This document shows positions 31,339-41,492 of a stretch of 64,000 bases of DNA, one piece after another (within the stretch, counting starts at the first letter, position 1; every line of letters starts with the position of its first letter). The translations under genes and the position numbers were made by a program. The stretch is from Armatimonadota bacterium (GTDB taxonomy: Bacteria; Armatimonadota; HRBIN16): the NCBI GenBank assembly GCA_963677485.1, contig OY781964.1, forward strand, positions 1 through 64,000. Direction: 5' to 3'. The notes under the pieces are model-generated. The model saw only the letters and a program-made list of their open reading frames with translations, ran no database searches and was not told the DNA's origin.

Positions 31339-32469
31339 TCATACCCGCATCCCCCGCTTCTCGGCGGCCCATACGTGCATGGAGCAGCCCATAGCCACAC
31401 CCATCAGCATGTTCCACTTCGCCTTTGCGGCGGCATCGCCCTCCATCACCCGGATGAAGCCGTCTTCAATCGGCTGCGACAACCTGACATCCAAGCCAAG
31501 ACGAGCGGCCATATAGTCACTCACGCCAACTATCTGGCCGACACCACCGCTTAGAGTCATCCGTTTGACTTGCTCATCTGAGGAGTCCGGAATCTGCGAC
31601 TGGTGGAACTGCATGCTGCGCCTCACTTCACGAAGCACTTCGTCTAGCTGCTCCTGTAAAACCCGCAAAGCAGTAGCGTTCGTTACCATTTCTTCTGTCA
31701 GAACGGTATCTTCCGGGTAACGCCGACGAAGAAGATCACGCATATCAAGGCTATACATCAACTCAGCAGCAGGCTGCTCGTTAAGCCGCAATTCCGCGGC
31801 AATGGCCTTGATGATGGCGTCAAGACCAACGCTAACTGTTCTGATCAGAATGGGCACATTATGAGACTTGAGATATAGGCTCGACAGGCTGCCGCCTATG
31901 TCCAAAATGCAGATCGTATTCTCCCTGTCTTCGCCCGCCTCTTGAATACAGCCGTATAAGGCTCGTTCAAGGCAAAAGCCATTCACATCAACCGCAACCA
32001 CTTCAATCCCAGCCTGGGTAATTGCCGACATATGACCGTTAAGGAGTTCGTTTGGTACAGCAACCAGCAATACCGGCTGTTCCAGCATTTCGGGTGTAGC
32101 CGGCATTAAACTATAACCAATCTGGCAGTCATCTACAGGTATTGAGAGGTGCTTCTGCGCTTCAAAATGAATGGTTTGCTCCAGCAGTTTGGGACTTAGT
32201 TTTGGGAAGTTGACCTCACGAACCACAACCCCGGTACCACTCACGGAAGTCACCGCCATATTGATCTTAATGCCGTTATCTTTTACAGCCTTCGATATGA
32301 CTGATGCAACCGCGCTAGTATCTTTTACGACACCCTCTACCACGGAGCCAGGTGGCGTTTCGCAAATGACCGCAGCATCCATCTGCCAACCTGTAGGGGT
32401 TAACTCCAAATGTGTGATCTTCACACTGCTGCTGCCGATATCAATTCCCAGAACTGAAGGTAAACCCAT
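31339..32469 (-). CDS. pilM: Type IV pilus actin-like protein
   Basis: LGIDIGSSSVK, LDIGG, LSGG. Confidence 0.9.
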   Translation of the reverse strand: MGLPSVLGIDIGSSSVKITHLELTPTGWQMDAAVICETPPGSVVEGVVKDTSAVASVISKAVKDNGIKINMAVTSVSGTGVVVREVNFPKLSPKLLEQTIHFEAQKHLSIPVDDCQIGYSLMPATPEMLEQPVLLVAVPNELLNGHMSAITQAGIEVVAVDVNGFCLERALYGCIQEAGEDRENTICILDIGGSLSSLYLKSHNVPILIRTVSVGLDAIIKAIAAELRLNEQPAAELMYSLDMRDLLRRRYPEDTVLTEEMVTNATALRVLQEQLDEVLREVRRSMQFHQSQIPDSSDEQVKRMTLSGGVGQIVGVSDYMAARLGLDVRLSQPIEDGFIRVMEGDAAAKAKWNMLMGVAMGCSMHVWAAEKRGMRV

Positions 32470-32535
32470 TCTACTCCTATGCTTCCTGAACAGATCGTTA
32501 CATCTTACAATATACCAATTTACGCCTGATGCTGA

Positions 32536-33004
32536 TTACTGCTGTTTATCCCTTAGTTCTTTGGCCAATTGCTGCCCCCGCCGCATCTGCTCTAGCATTT
32601 TATTACGCTGCGTAGAAACCAGCCGTAACCACAATCGCCATATCACAAGCGCACTGATTCCTAAAGCCAACAGTGAACCGCCCACCACCCGCAATGCCCG
32701 GTACCACGGGTTTTGCATGCGTATGTCGCGTTGGACTGTTTGCAGTGCGCTTACATCCTGTGGGTTTTTCAAACGCTCTGCTTGCATTATATTATTAGAA
32801 TTATCAGACTGTTGTGGACGGCTTGTCTCTTGTGGTGGCTTTATGACGGGGACATCGTCAGGCTGTTCAGAACGAGCACGATAAGCCCGCTCAACCTCGA
32901 AGCTGTCTACTGAGTTCGTCGGTTGTCGCACAATCGCCCCTGAAATGTGACTAACAACCATCATCGCAACCGTAATACCGAGGCATGTAACCCGTTTTTT
33001 CATA
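32536..33004 (-). CDS. Hypothetical exported/membrane protein in pil operon
   Basis: MKKRVTCLGI signal-like N-terminus overlapping upstream stop; C-terminal TM. Confidence 0.6.
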
Positions 33005-34778
33005 ATGTTGTTTGCACCACCTTGACCTGCCATGTCTGCGATTTTAATATGGGAGCCCGTGGAAGATCAATGTCTATCAATGGCAGCCCACTTGAGTTAC
33101 GGTCTTGTATGCGATTATCATAAACGAATTTGATGGTTCCATTACCCGATAGCATGGTCGCTTCATCCTTGCATATATAACTGCCGTAAATCATGCCACT
33201 GGACAGCAATCCGCCTATCACATGGTCGGTGTACATAATAGCACTCACTTCAGAGGGTGTTCCTGCGCCTGACAGCCCCGTGGCTATTGTTCTATATTGA
33301 GCTGTACCTGAGTAATCTGTTGCAGTACCATTATATGCGGCAACCGTGTTACCACTTTCATCAAGCCGGACCTTAGTAAATGGGGGTGTTATATATTGCC
33401 TTATATAACTCAGCCAACTGCTAACGCCGGTATCGCCAAGCCAGATACTTCCCTTCGCTGCCAACCCTAGTATGTCCTTCTTTTCATTCACAGCATCAAC
33501 AGTAGCCGGGTTACTTCCCCTAAAGTCCGGTGGATTCGCATAAGAAATGCTGCCCCAGATGTGTATATTACGTTGGGTATAGATCGTGCCTTGGCCCGAC
33601 ACAGTTCCCTTAATAACACAGTCTCCCAAAACCGTCACCGGACCATGGATCTTTATTGGTTTTGTGGAATCTGTATTTAGCAGTGCTAAACTGCCGTTAT
33701 ACACCCCATTCGTTGTTTTTCTCTCATATACCTTCTTTGTGGAATTATACACATCGATAAAGGCCCCTTGGTTATAGTATGGGTTCGTAGTTCCATCAAG
33801 ATAGGTCTGTTTTGGGTCCACATAATTCTGTGACAATGTCTGGTAATAACTAATTGCAGAAAGGTCGGGCATGACCACTTCCGAAGTAGGCATCGGATCA
33901 AGTAATGTGCCAGAAAATGACCGAGTGCCTCGAGAGTCTGCCTTCACAGCTCCGCTGATACGCCCCGTAGTCACTGCAGCACCTGCATCATACAGGAAGT
34001 CACGCCACATTTCATACATTGATCCGCCTTTGGCACCATACACAGCACTGGAGTATGCCTGACGATACCTGGCCTGCATATTCGCGATATATGTCGCGTT
34101 AGTTTGTTGGCTATAAGTTCCTGACACAAGGCCGGTAGCTGCAGGTATCAGCTTGTTACTTGCTGTCGCGGCAACACTACCGTTGATCATACCACCGCCT
34201 GAAAAACTAAAGTCCCCGTTTGCCCGCATGTCTCCCATGACTTGCAAACTGGTATTTGTAAAACCTGACATCCAGCCATAGTTATGCACGAAATAGGCAT
34301 AGTCGAAAACACCTGCCCTGGGTAAAGCATAATCTACCACTTCATCTATTGAAGTCCGTGCTTCATTACTGTCTAGTATCCCGTCATTATCAACATCATC
34401 CCAACCAACACTTCTGAAAGTAACTCGTCGGCAAAACATATTGACTTGAGTATACCCCACAGCTGCCACAGCGTAGCGCATTGTAAGGTGAACCACAGCT
34501 CCGCGGGAATCGATCGGATTGGCAACCGTAGCACCTGTCAGCAAGGTATCCATCGCCGTATACGTCTGGTTCGCTTTAAAGAGTTTCCAAATGGCCAGTT
34601 TATGAACCTGTAAACCAGCTTCAGCAGCGAGAAGGGTCCTGGTATTTTGCTCTTGACGTGCAGCATACCGAAAAGCAGCCGTTGACATCTGTAGCAACAC
34701 TGTGCCAAGTGTCAAGCAGATGAACATCATCACTAAGGTGGTTACTAATGCGGCTCCCCTGTTAGCTGGTGTTCGCAC
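33000..34778 (-). CDS. PilX-like large minor pilin / tip protein
   Basis: RG|AALVTTL prepilin-like N-terminus lacking E5; AAEAG; beta-rich C-terminus. Confidence 0.75.
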   Translation of the reverse strand: MRTPANRGAALVTTLVMMFICLTLGTVLLQMSTAAFRYAARQEQNTRTLLAAEAGLQVHKLAIWKLFKANQTYTAMDTLLTGATVANPIDSRGAVVHLTMRYAVAAVGYTQVNMFCRRVTFRSVGWDDVDNDGILDSNEARTSIDEVVDYALPRAGVFDYAYFVHNYGWMSGFTNTSLQVMGDMRANGDFSFSGGGMINGSVAATASNKLIPAATGLVSGTYSQQTNATYIANMQARYRQAYSSAVYGAKGGSMYEMWRDFLYDAGAAVTTGRISGAVKADSRGTRSFSGTLLDPMPTSEVVMPDLSAISYYQTLSQNYVDPKQTYLDGTTNPYYNQGAFIDVYNSTKKVYERKTTNGVYNGSLALLNTDSTKPIKIHGPVTVLGDCVIKGTVSGQGTIYTQRNIHIWGSISYANPPDFRGSNPATVDAVNEKKDILGLAAKGSIWLGDTGVSSWLSYIRQYITPPFTKVRLDESGNTVAAYNGTATDYSGTAQYRTIATGLSGAGTPSEVSAIMYTDHVIGGLLSSGMIYGSYICKDEATMLSGNGTIKFVYDNRIQDRNSSGLPLIDIDLPRAPILKSQTWQVKVVQTTL

Positions 34779-35317
34779 TATTTCATATTCCTTAAATATA
34801 CCATCTGGCCAATGCGGTAATCACGATTCCCTGCATTCGTCACCTTCCGGATATTCAGTAATATCCTAAGCCCTCTTAACCTAGCCGTCGGAAACACATT
34901 CGTAAAAGGAGTATAGCTTTGTCCCGTAGCCGGATCTGTGGTCAACAGACCTGTTAAGAGTGGAGCTGTTCTTCCCGACCACTCCAGGTTCCCGTTTTGA
35001 ACCCGAAACCACTTTTGCGTGGTGCTGGCGATCATCGGAGCGATGAAGTCGCCGTTGGTCTGTGCATTTGGCATATAGTAGTTTATCTGGTTGCCACTGT
35101 TTACTATTTCCATATATGCCGCGCTTCTGAGCTCGCCGGCCAGACGCTGCATGGCCAGACCGCCGTCCATGCTCATCGTGCTGTCAGCCCAGCCCCCTTG
35201 GTATATTCGCCCGCCCATGATCACCAGCGAAGTGCTGCCGAGTACAATCAGGGTGGTGATGGCCATCGCCACCATCAGCTCCACCAGCGACATACCCAGG
35301 TTAGATTGTGTTTTCAT
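34778..35317 (-). CDS. PilW-like minor pilin
   Basis: G|MSLVELMVAM N-methylation motif. Confidence 0.8.
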   Translation of the reverse strand: MKTQSNLGMSLVELMVAMAITTLIVLGSTSLVIMGGRIYQGGWADSTMSMDGGLAMQRLAGELRSAAYMEIVNSGNQINYYMPNAQTNGDFIAPMIASTTQKWFRVQNGNLEWSGRTAPLLTGLLTTDPATGQSYTPFTNVFPTARLRGLRILLNIRKVTNAGNRDYRIGQMVYLRNMK

Positions 35318-35751
35318 AAGTTGGCTATGATCGTGCTGACCGTGATGGTCTGCGTGGCCCCGCTGGAGCCTCGCCAGTTAATGATGACCAGCACTTTCTT
35401 GAGGTCAAATGCCACATCCGATACCGCCAACGTTCCGGTTCCATTGGGTAGGCGAGTGGCAGGACTGTTGGCACCGTCAGCACTAGTGATGGAATAGGGA
35501 GTAGTAGTTGGTGAGCTTCCAATAACACCATAGGCCAGCAAGCCATCGTAGGTTAAGTTACCAAAACCCACTAGCCGTACCGTTTCCATCGTACGCTGTG
35601 CAATGGTGACCGCCTCAGCCCTTAGTTTCGCATCATTGTTCACACGCATGCCCAGTGGGTATAACGCGCCAAATATGGCAATGAGGAAGCTGAATGCCAT
35701 CAGGGCAATCATCACCTCTACCAGCGTGAACGCTTTATTTTTCGTGGGCAT
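35314..35751 (-). CDS. PilV-like minor pilin
   Basis: A|FTLVEVMIAL motif. Confidence 0.8.
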   Translation of the reverse strand: MPTKNKAFTLVEVMIALMAFSFLIAIFGALYPLGMRVNNDAKLRAEAVTIAQRTMETVRLVGFGNLTYDGLLAYGVIGSSPTTTPYSITSADGANSPATRLPNGTGTLAVSDVAFDLKKVLVIINWRGSSGATQTITVSTIIANL

Positions 35752-35781
35752 CTGCAGATGATCTCCGTGTCTAAAAATGGA

Positions 35782-35813
35782 TTGAGCGACCCCCTACTCG
35801 GAGGGTCGCTCAA
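35782..35813 (-). terminator. Strong hairpin after the major pilin gene (terminator or mRNA stabiliser)
   Basis: ttgagcgaccc-N10-gggtcgctcaa. Confidence 0.7.
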
Positions 35814-35845
35814 CTTCAGGGTTGATAAGCTTACCTAACACGTAC

Positions 35846-36187
35846 CTATGGTAAGACGTGACCCTCTACACCGCAAGTAGTCGCATAGGGAGAAGTTTCA
35901 GCCATTGTATAGGTTCCAGCTGCTGGACATACCGGCTCTGCTTTCATAGGTCCGTCAGTAGCCCACAAACCACCTTTCTCAGTTGAACTGAGTGAGGGTG
36001 TCTGGTTTTTCATTAACACTTGCTCAGTAGCAGACTGTATCTGCTTAAGGTTCGCTATACAAGCCTTCGTCTGAGCGGTGGTCCGAGCATTTAAGAAGTT
36101 AGGGATGGCGATGGCCATAAGAACACCGATGATCAAGACCACGATCATGATCTCGACTAATGTGAAACCCTTGCGTAGGTTTTTCAA
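35846..36187 (-). CDS. pilA: Probable major type IV pilin
   Basis: KG|FTLVEIMIVVLIIGVLMAIAIPNF; GGAGG RBS; first gene of the cluster. Confidence 0.85.
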   Translation of the reverse strand: MKNLRKGFTLVEIMIVVLIIGVLMAIAIPNFLNARTTAQTKACIANLKQIQSATEQVLMKNQTPSLSSTEKGGLWATDGPMKAEPVCPAAGTYTMAETSPYATTCGVEGHVLP

Positions 36188-36306
36188 GTTGAATTCCTCC
36201 CGAGATATATAGTAACGAGTTACAGTTCACCAGTATACCTGCAAACAGGGCAGACTGGTAATCGGGCACCTTCTGCAAGGAAGGAACTATGCCTGATCAT
36301 GATTTT

Positions 36307-36335
36307 AGCATACACGGGTTAAATATTCTTGTCAA
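36307..36335 (-). promoter_or_regulatory. Sigma70 promoter of the pilin operon
   Basis: Minus strand TTGACA-17 nt-TATGCT. Confidence 0.7.
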
Positions 36336-36469
36336 GCCTTTTCAGGCTCCCCGCCGCATTCATGACATCAACATGAATATGATACACTGAAATACAGGAA
36401 ATAGCCGTCTATTTTGCAGTAAATATGCCAGTGTTCTATTAGTTTCTATACATATAGGTTTAACCAGCA

Positions 36470-39115
36470 ATGCCAGTTCCATTCAAAGCACACACCCCCA
36501 TGCTCCAACAGTATTTCCGCGCGAAGGAAGAATTTCCCGGCGTGATGCTTTTTATGCGTGTGGGCGATTTCTTCGAACTCTACGGTGAAGACGCCGAGAT
36601 CGCCTCGCGGGAACTAGAGCTCACCCTCACCGGACGCGAAGATGGTCCGAACGGCCGCGTCTCCATGGCGGGAGTACCCCACCATGCGGTTGAGCGATAT
36701 TTAGCCAGGCTGGTGGCGAAGGGCATCAAGGTCGCGCTTTGCGATCAGGTGGAAGACCCCAAGACAGCCAAAGGGCTTGTGAAGCGTAAAGTCACCAGAG
36801 TGGTCACACCCGGCACGATTCTGGAAGACAGCATGCTGGATGGCTCCGCAAACAACTACCTGGTAGCCTGTGTGGCAGGCAGTGACCTCAGCGGAGTGGG
36901 CGTGGTGGATGTTTCCACCGGCGAATTCCTGGCCACTGAGATTCCGGGTGACGCCACCATCGCCCGCATCGTGCAGGAGGTGCAGCGTCTGCAGCCCGCT
37001 GAAGTGCTGGTGCCCATCGAAGCGAGTGAGCTGGCCCAGGCGATCGAAGATTCCGTGGGAGCGATCGTCACCCCCTACGACCCGAATGAGTATCCTGACC
37101 GCACCAGCAGCCGCAATATACTATTGAATCACTTCTCCACCAGTTCGTTGCGCGGTTTCGGATGCGAGGATTACACGGTCGGCCTGGATGCCGCCGCGAT
37201 GGTGCTGCGTTATCTGAACCGCAACCAGGTTCAGGCACTGCAGCACATCCGCACCCTCTCCACCTATTCGGTAGAGAGCTTCATGTATCTAGACACCGCC
37301 GCGCGGCGGAACCTGGAGCTCACCAAGTCGCTGATCGACGGCACCCGCAAGGGCACCTTGATGGATACCCTGGACCGCACGCGCACGCCCATGGGCACCC
37401 GCATGATGCGCCGATGGCTGGATGAGCCGCTGCAAAGTGCCGACGAAATCAACGAACGCCTCGACGCCGTTCAAGAGCTGGTTGCCAACAGCATCCTGCG
37501 GGAGGATATCCGTACCAACCTGCGGAAGATAGGCGATGTGGAGCGCCTCATCTCTCGTGTCGCCGCCGGAGCAGCTTCACCCCGCGACTATGCTGCACTA
37601 CGAAGCTCGTTGCAGGCGTTGCCCCAACTGAACCAACTGGTGTTGGCCCTCACCTCCCCGATGGGCATAAAGCTGGCAGCACGGGTGGAGCCCCTTCCTG
37701 AACTGGAACAGTTCCTGGCCGATGCCATCATCGACGACCCGCCAGCCACCACTAAAGACGGCGGGATCATCCGCGAAGGGTTCCATGCGGAGCTGGACGC
37801 CATCCGCGCAGCGCAGCACGACGGCCGCCGCTGGATCGCACAGCTTGAGTCGGGTGAGCGCGAAAGCACTGGCATCAACACCCTGAAGGTGGGCTACAAC
37901 GCGGTGTTCGGGTATTATCTGGAGGTCACCAAAGCGAATTCCGCCAAGGTGCCGCCTCACTACACACGCAAGCAGACCACCGTGAACGCCGAACGCTACA
38001 TCACGCCTGAGCTGAAGGAGCTGGAGGCGAAGGTCACCGGGGCTGAGGAGCGCGCCGTCACCCTGGAGCACGAGCTGTTCGGAATGGTTCGCGAGAAGGT
38101 CGCTTCCTTCGCCGGAGATGTGCAGCGGATCGCCCATGCCTGTGCCACAATCGATGTGCTGTGCAGCTATGCGGACATCGCCGCCACCTATGACTACTGC
38201 CGGCCAAACATCCTTAATGAAGGCGCCATCAACATCACGGCTGGACGGCACCCAGTGGTGGAGCAGTTTGGTAATAGCAGCTTCATTCCCAACGACTGCC
38301 GTCTGGACGATACCCAGCGTATGATCGTGCTCACGGGCCCTAACATGGCTGGCAAGAGCACCTATCTGCGGCAGGTGGCGTTGATTGCGCTGATGGCACA
38401 CATCGGCTGTTTTGTGCCTGCCGATGCGGCGGACATCCCGCTTATTGACCGCATCTTTACTCGCGTCGGAGCGCATGACGAGTTGGCGACCGGACAGAGC
38501 ACCTTCATGGTGGAGATGACTGAAACCGCGACGATCCTTAACCACGCCACCGACCGCAGTCTGGTGATTCTGGATGAAATCGGCCGCGGCACCAGCACCT
38601 ATGACGGGCTGGCGATCGCATGGTCGGTCGCGGAATACCTGCTAGCAGTCGGCTGCCGCACGCTGTTCGCTACCCACTACCATTATCTGAATGAGTTGGC
38701 GAACCAGCAGCAGGTGGTTTCAAACTTCCGAGTGACCGTGCGCGAAACAGGTGACCGCATCATCTGGCTGCATAAAATCATGCCCGGCGGCACGGACAAA
38801 AGCTACGGCATCCAGGTGGCCCGCATGGCCGGAGCCCCACCGGAGATGATCGCACGGGCGCATGAGATCCTGGCTGAGCTGGAAAAGAACACCATGGACC
38901 GCAAGGATGTGGCCGGTGTGATGGGCCTTGAGCCCCCAGCCACCACCTCGGTGAAGAAGAAAAAGCTGCAGCTCACGCTGTTTGATATCGACCGCCACCC
39001 CATTATTGATGAGCTGGAGCAGTTGGATGTCAGCACCATGACACCTGTGGATGCCATCGTGAAACTGCAGGAGTGGCAGCGGAGGGTGAAGAAGGAAACT
39101 GGGGCGAAGAGGTAG
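36470..39115 (+). CDS. mutS: DNA mismatch repair protein MutS
   Basis: TPMLQQY, GDFFELY, TGPNMAGKSTYLRQ, STFMVEM, DEIGRGT, SYGIQVA. Confidence 0.98.
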   Translation: MPVPFKAHTPMLQQYFRAKEEFPGVMLFMRVGDFFELYGEDAEIASRELELTLTGREDGPNGRVSMAGVPHHAVERYLARLVAKGIKVALCDQVEDPKTAKGLVKRKVTRVVTPGTILEDSMLDGSANNYLVACVAGSDLSGVGVVDVSTGEFLATEIPGDATIARIVQEVQRLQPAEVLVPIEASELAQAIEDSVGAIVTPYDPNEYPDRTSSRNILLNHFSTSSLRGFGCEDYTVGLDAAAMVLRYLNRNQVQALQHIRTLSTYSVESFMYLDTAARRNLELTKSLIDGTRKGTLMDTLDRTRTPMGTRMMRRWLDEPLQSADEINERLDAVQELVANSILREDIRTNLRKIGDVERLISRVAAGAASPRDYAALRSSLQALPQLNQLVLALTSPMGIKLAARVEPLPELEQFLADAIIDDPPATTKDGGIIREGFHAELDAIRAAQHDGRRWIAQLESGERESTGINTLKVGYNAVFGYYLEVTKANSAKVPPHYTRKQTTVNAERYITPELKELEAKVTGAEERAVTLEHELFGMVREKVASFAGDVQRIAHACATIDVLCSYADIAATYDYCRPNILNEGAINITAGRHPVVEQFGNSSFIPNDCRLDDTQRMIVLTGPNMAGKSTYLRQVALIALMAHIGCFVPADAADIPLIDRIFTRVGAHDELATGQSTFMVEMTETATILNHATDRSLVILDEIGRGTSTYDGLAIAWSVAEYLLAVGCRTLFATHYHYLNELANQQQVVSNFRVTVRETGDRIIWLHKIMPGGTDKSYGIQVARMAGAPPEMIARAHEILAELEKNTMDRKDVAGVMGLEPPATTSVKKKKLQLTLFDIDRHPIIDELEQLDVSTMTPVDAIVKLQEWQRRVKKETGAKR

Positions 39116-39325
39116 GGGGAGGAGTCAGGAGTGGAGGAGACAGGAGTCAGGAGAAAGGAGGACAGGAGTCAGGGACACGGCGGTTTCGGCACATTCTATT
39201 GTCACAGTGTATGTTAAAACCATAAGACGGGTAAGATGAGTAGGACGAGAAGGACAGACAACACTCCCCTTCTCCCCTTCTCTCCTTCCCTCCTGACTCC
39301 TGACTCCTGACTCCTTCTCTCCTTA
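39116..39325. repeat. Inverted arrays of aggagtc-type heptamers between convergent genes
   Basis: ggagtcaggag... 39118-39175 against ctcctgactcctgactcct 39290-39315. Confidence 0.8.
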
Positions 39326-41278
39326 CTCCTCCCCCCGTGCCCCAAAGTTGCGGTCTAACGCGATGTAGTCAAACAGGTTCACTGTGCCGTCTCCGTCGAC
39401 ATCGCCCACAATGCTGTTCTGCCCAAACCGCTTATCGAGTTCCACGTAATCAAACAGGTTGATGCTGCCCCCGCCATCGATATCGCCACCGATTAAATCC
39501 ACGTTCACCTGGCGGTCACTCGGGATGGCGGTTCGCACCGCCAGGCAGTTCACGCTTCTCACACGAACTTGTGACGCAGGATATACCGGCTCTGTACTGG
39601 CACTGCCGAAGGTGTCAAGAATCTGTTCCGTTGATCCAAGCAGACCGCCTAAGCTGTCCAGATAGTCGACGGTAACAGTGCGTCCTGCCATCTCCGTGCC
39701 GGACAGGAGGTCCGACATGATCACATGCAAACTCAAGTCCGCCGGACAAACATCGAGCCAGTAGATATCGTCCACTTGGCGGAAATTGCGAAGGCTCCAG
39801 GCACAGTTCTGCCCATCATATCCCATATTGTTCGGGTGGCTGTTACGTGAAAAGATCTGATCATAGGCATGATAGAAGTCGAGGGCATCTCCACTGCTTG
39901 TGTTGTCATAAAGCTCCTGGGTGCCGCAGGCCTCCTCGAGGTCGACCATATATCGATCACGGTTGTCGTTATCGGAGCGGCTTTCGTCCACATGCCAGAC
40001 CAACACACCTCGAGACGGCCCCACCGCAAGCCGGTTGCAGGATTCCAGCAGGAAATATTGCTGCGTCGTGTTCTGCAAGGGTATCCTAATGATCGGACCG
40101 TTGTCGATATCCACATCCTTCATCTTCAGGCTGGAAGCCGAATCTACGACAGTCGCAGCGACCCAGCCCAGCTTCATCCTAATATAGGCACTTGGGTCGC
40201 ATGGATTTCCGCCATTATTACGCCACACGCCGCCCGCCATGATGCAAAAATCACCTGCGCCAGCACTGGTATAGGTATAATCGTATAGGTCCGGCATGTC
40301 CAGCACATGAAAGAACTCATGGCAAATCACCCCCACACTGGTGATGCCCAGCGAACTTGGGGTTGACTGCCAACCTCGCTGGGCCGGCTCTGTGTGATAC
40401 TTCGTGATTCTCACACCATCCACCGCTACCCCATTAGGCCAGCCCACCCAGCTCTGGTGAGACCATATGTTGTCCGAGCTGTTGCCACCGTATTCTTGAC
40501 CAAGGCCAGCGTGGATCACATCCAGGCCATCTACGACCCCATCACCGTCACCGTCGAACTCGGAAAAGTCCACGGTGCTATCCAGTGCGGAAATCGCGTC
40601 CGACACCATCTCGGGTGCATTGACATCGGTATCCTCCCCCACATCTGCACCATAGTAAGCCATCGGTCTGGACAGTGTGACGGTGAACACGGAGCTGTGG
40701 ACTGATAGCTGCCCCCTTGAGACACGCTGGTAATATCCGTTCACAGAGCAGCGGTTGAACCCATCGTCATACCCAGGCGTGTTCAAAAGGCTTTCGTAAC
40801 TCGACACCGGATACGGCACGCTGACATCGCTGAAGTTGACCAGTATCACCAGGTTCTTCAGACTGCCGATAGGGTTGATGACCTTGGCACCAATCGGTGC
40901 CGACATATTCGTGGCACTCATCTGCCGACCGGGTAGCTTCGCGGTGGAGGTGAGTAAGGCTGGTGGGGCCCAGTTTAATCGGGGTATCCCGTGCGATGCC
41001 GGTGAAGCATTGGGTAATACCAACCAGGGAGTGGGAACTATAGCTCCCTCCGCAAGCTGAGCATAAACCCATGCCCCGCTGGCGGCTTTCATCGCCAAGT
41101 AGCCAGACGCATCTTCATGCCAGCTTTTATGCTCATCGCCGCGCAGGCGTATCTGGACTAAGTCGCCAGAAGGCTGCCTGCTACTGAAAAGTATCGGGTT
41201 GGCTGGCACCGCAAAGACAGGTAATGATGAAATGGTAACGAAAGCAATGATGGATGCTATACGGGCAAGATAAGCCAT
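39323..41278 (-). CDS. M6-family (immune inhibitor A-like) secreted metalloprotease with C-terminal dockerin-like domain
   Basis: AVPA..QPSG...GDE propeptide, IHAG.GQE, IWSH, HEFFHVLDMPDLYD; two NLFDY repeats. Confidence 0.9.
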   Translation of the reverse strand: MAYLARIASIIAFVTISSLPVFAVPANPILFSSRQPSGDLVQIRLRGDEHKSWHEDASGYLAMKAASGAWVYAQLAEGAIVPTPWLVLPNASPASHGIPRLNWAPPALLTSTAKLPGRQMSATNMSAPIGAKVINPIGSLKNLVILVNFSDVSVPYPVSSYESLLNTPGYDDGFNRCSVNGYYQRVSRGQLSVHSSVFTVTLSRPMAYYGADVGEDTDVNAPEMVSDAISALDSTVDFSEFDGDGDGVVDGLDVIHAGLGQEYGGNSSDNIWSHQSWVGWPNGVAVDGVRITKYHTEPAQRGWQSTPSSLGITSVGVICHEFFHVLDMPDLYDYTYTSAGAGDFCIMAGGVWRNNGGNPCDPSAYIRMKLGWVAATVVDSASSLKMKDVDIDNGPIIRIPLQNTTQQYFLLESCNRLAVGPSRGVLVWHVDESRSDNDNRDRYMVDLEEACGTQELYDNTSSGDALDFYHAYDQIFSRNSHPNNMGYDGQNCAWSLRNFRQVDDIYWLDVCPADLSLHVIMSDLLSGTEMAGRTVTVDYLDSLGGLLGSTEQILDTFGSASTEPVYPASQVRVRSVNCLAVRTAIPSDRQVNVDLIGGDIDGGGSINLFDYVELDKRFGQNSIVGDVDGDGTVNLFDYIALDRNFGARGEE

Positions 41279-41492
41279 ATATACCCCTTCTAGACGAGTT
41301 CATCGATGATATCCCTACGTACAAGATATAACATTAGCCGTATCATTTACTACACTGCCTGGTGGCCGAAAGTTATGACAGAGAGTCCGAACTGGCCCCA
41401 TGACCAAGCATCGTCAGCACAGACCATATACCGTTTATATTCTGATATACTATGCTCATACCATCCCATCGCTATACACTGAAGGAGCTATC

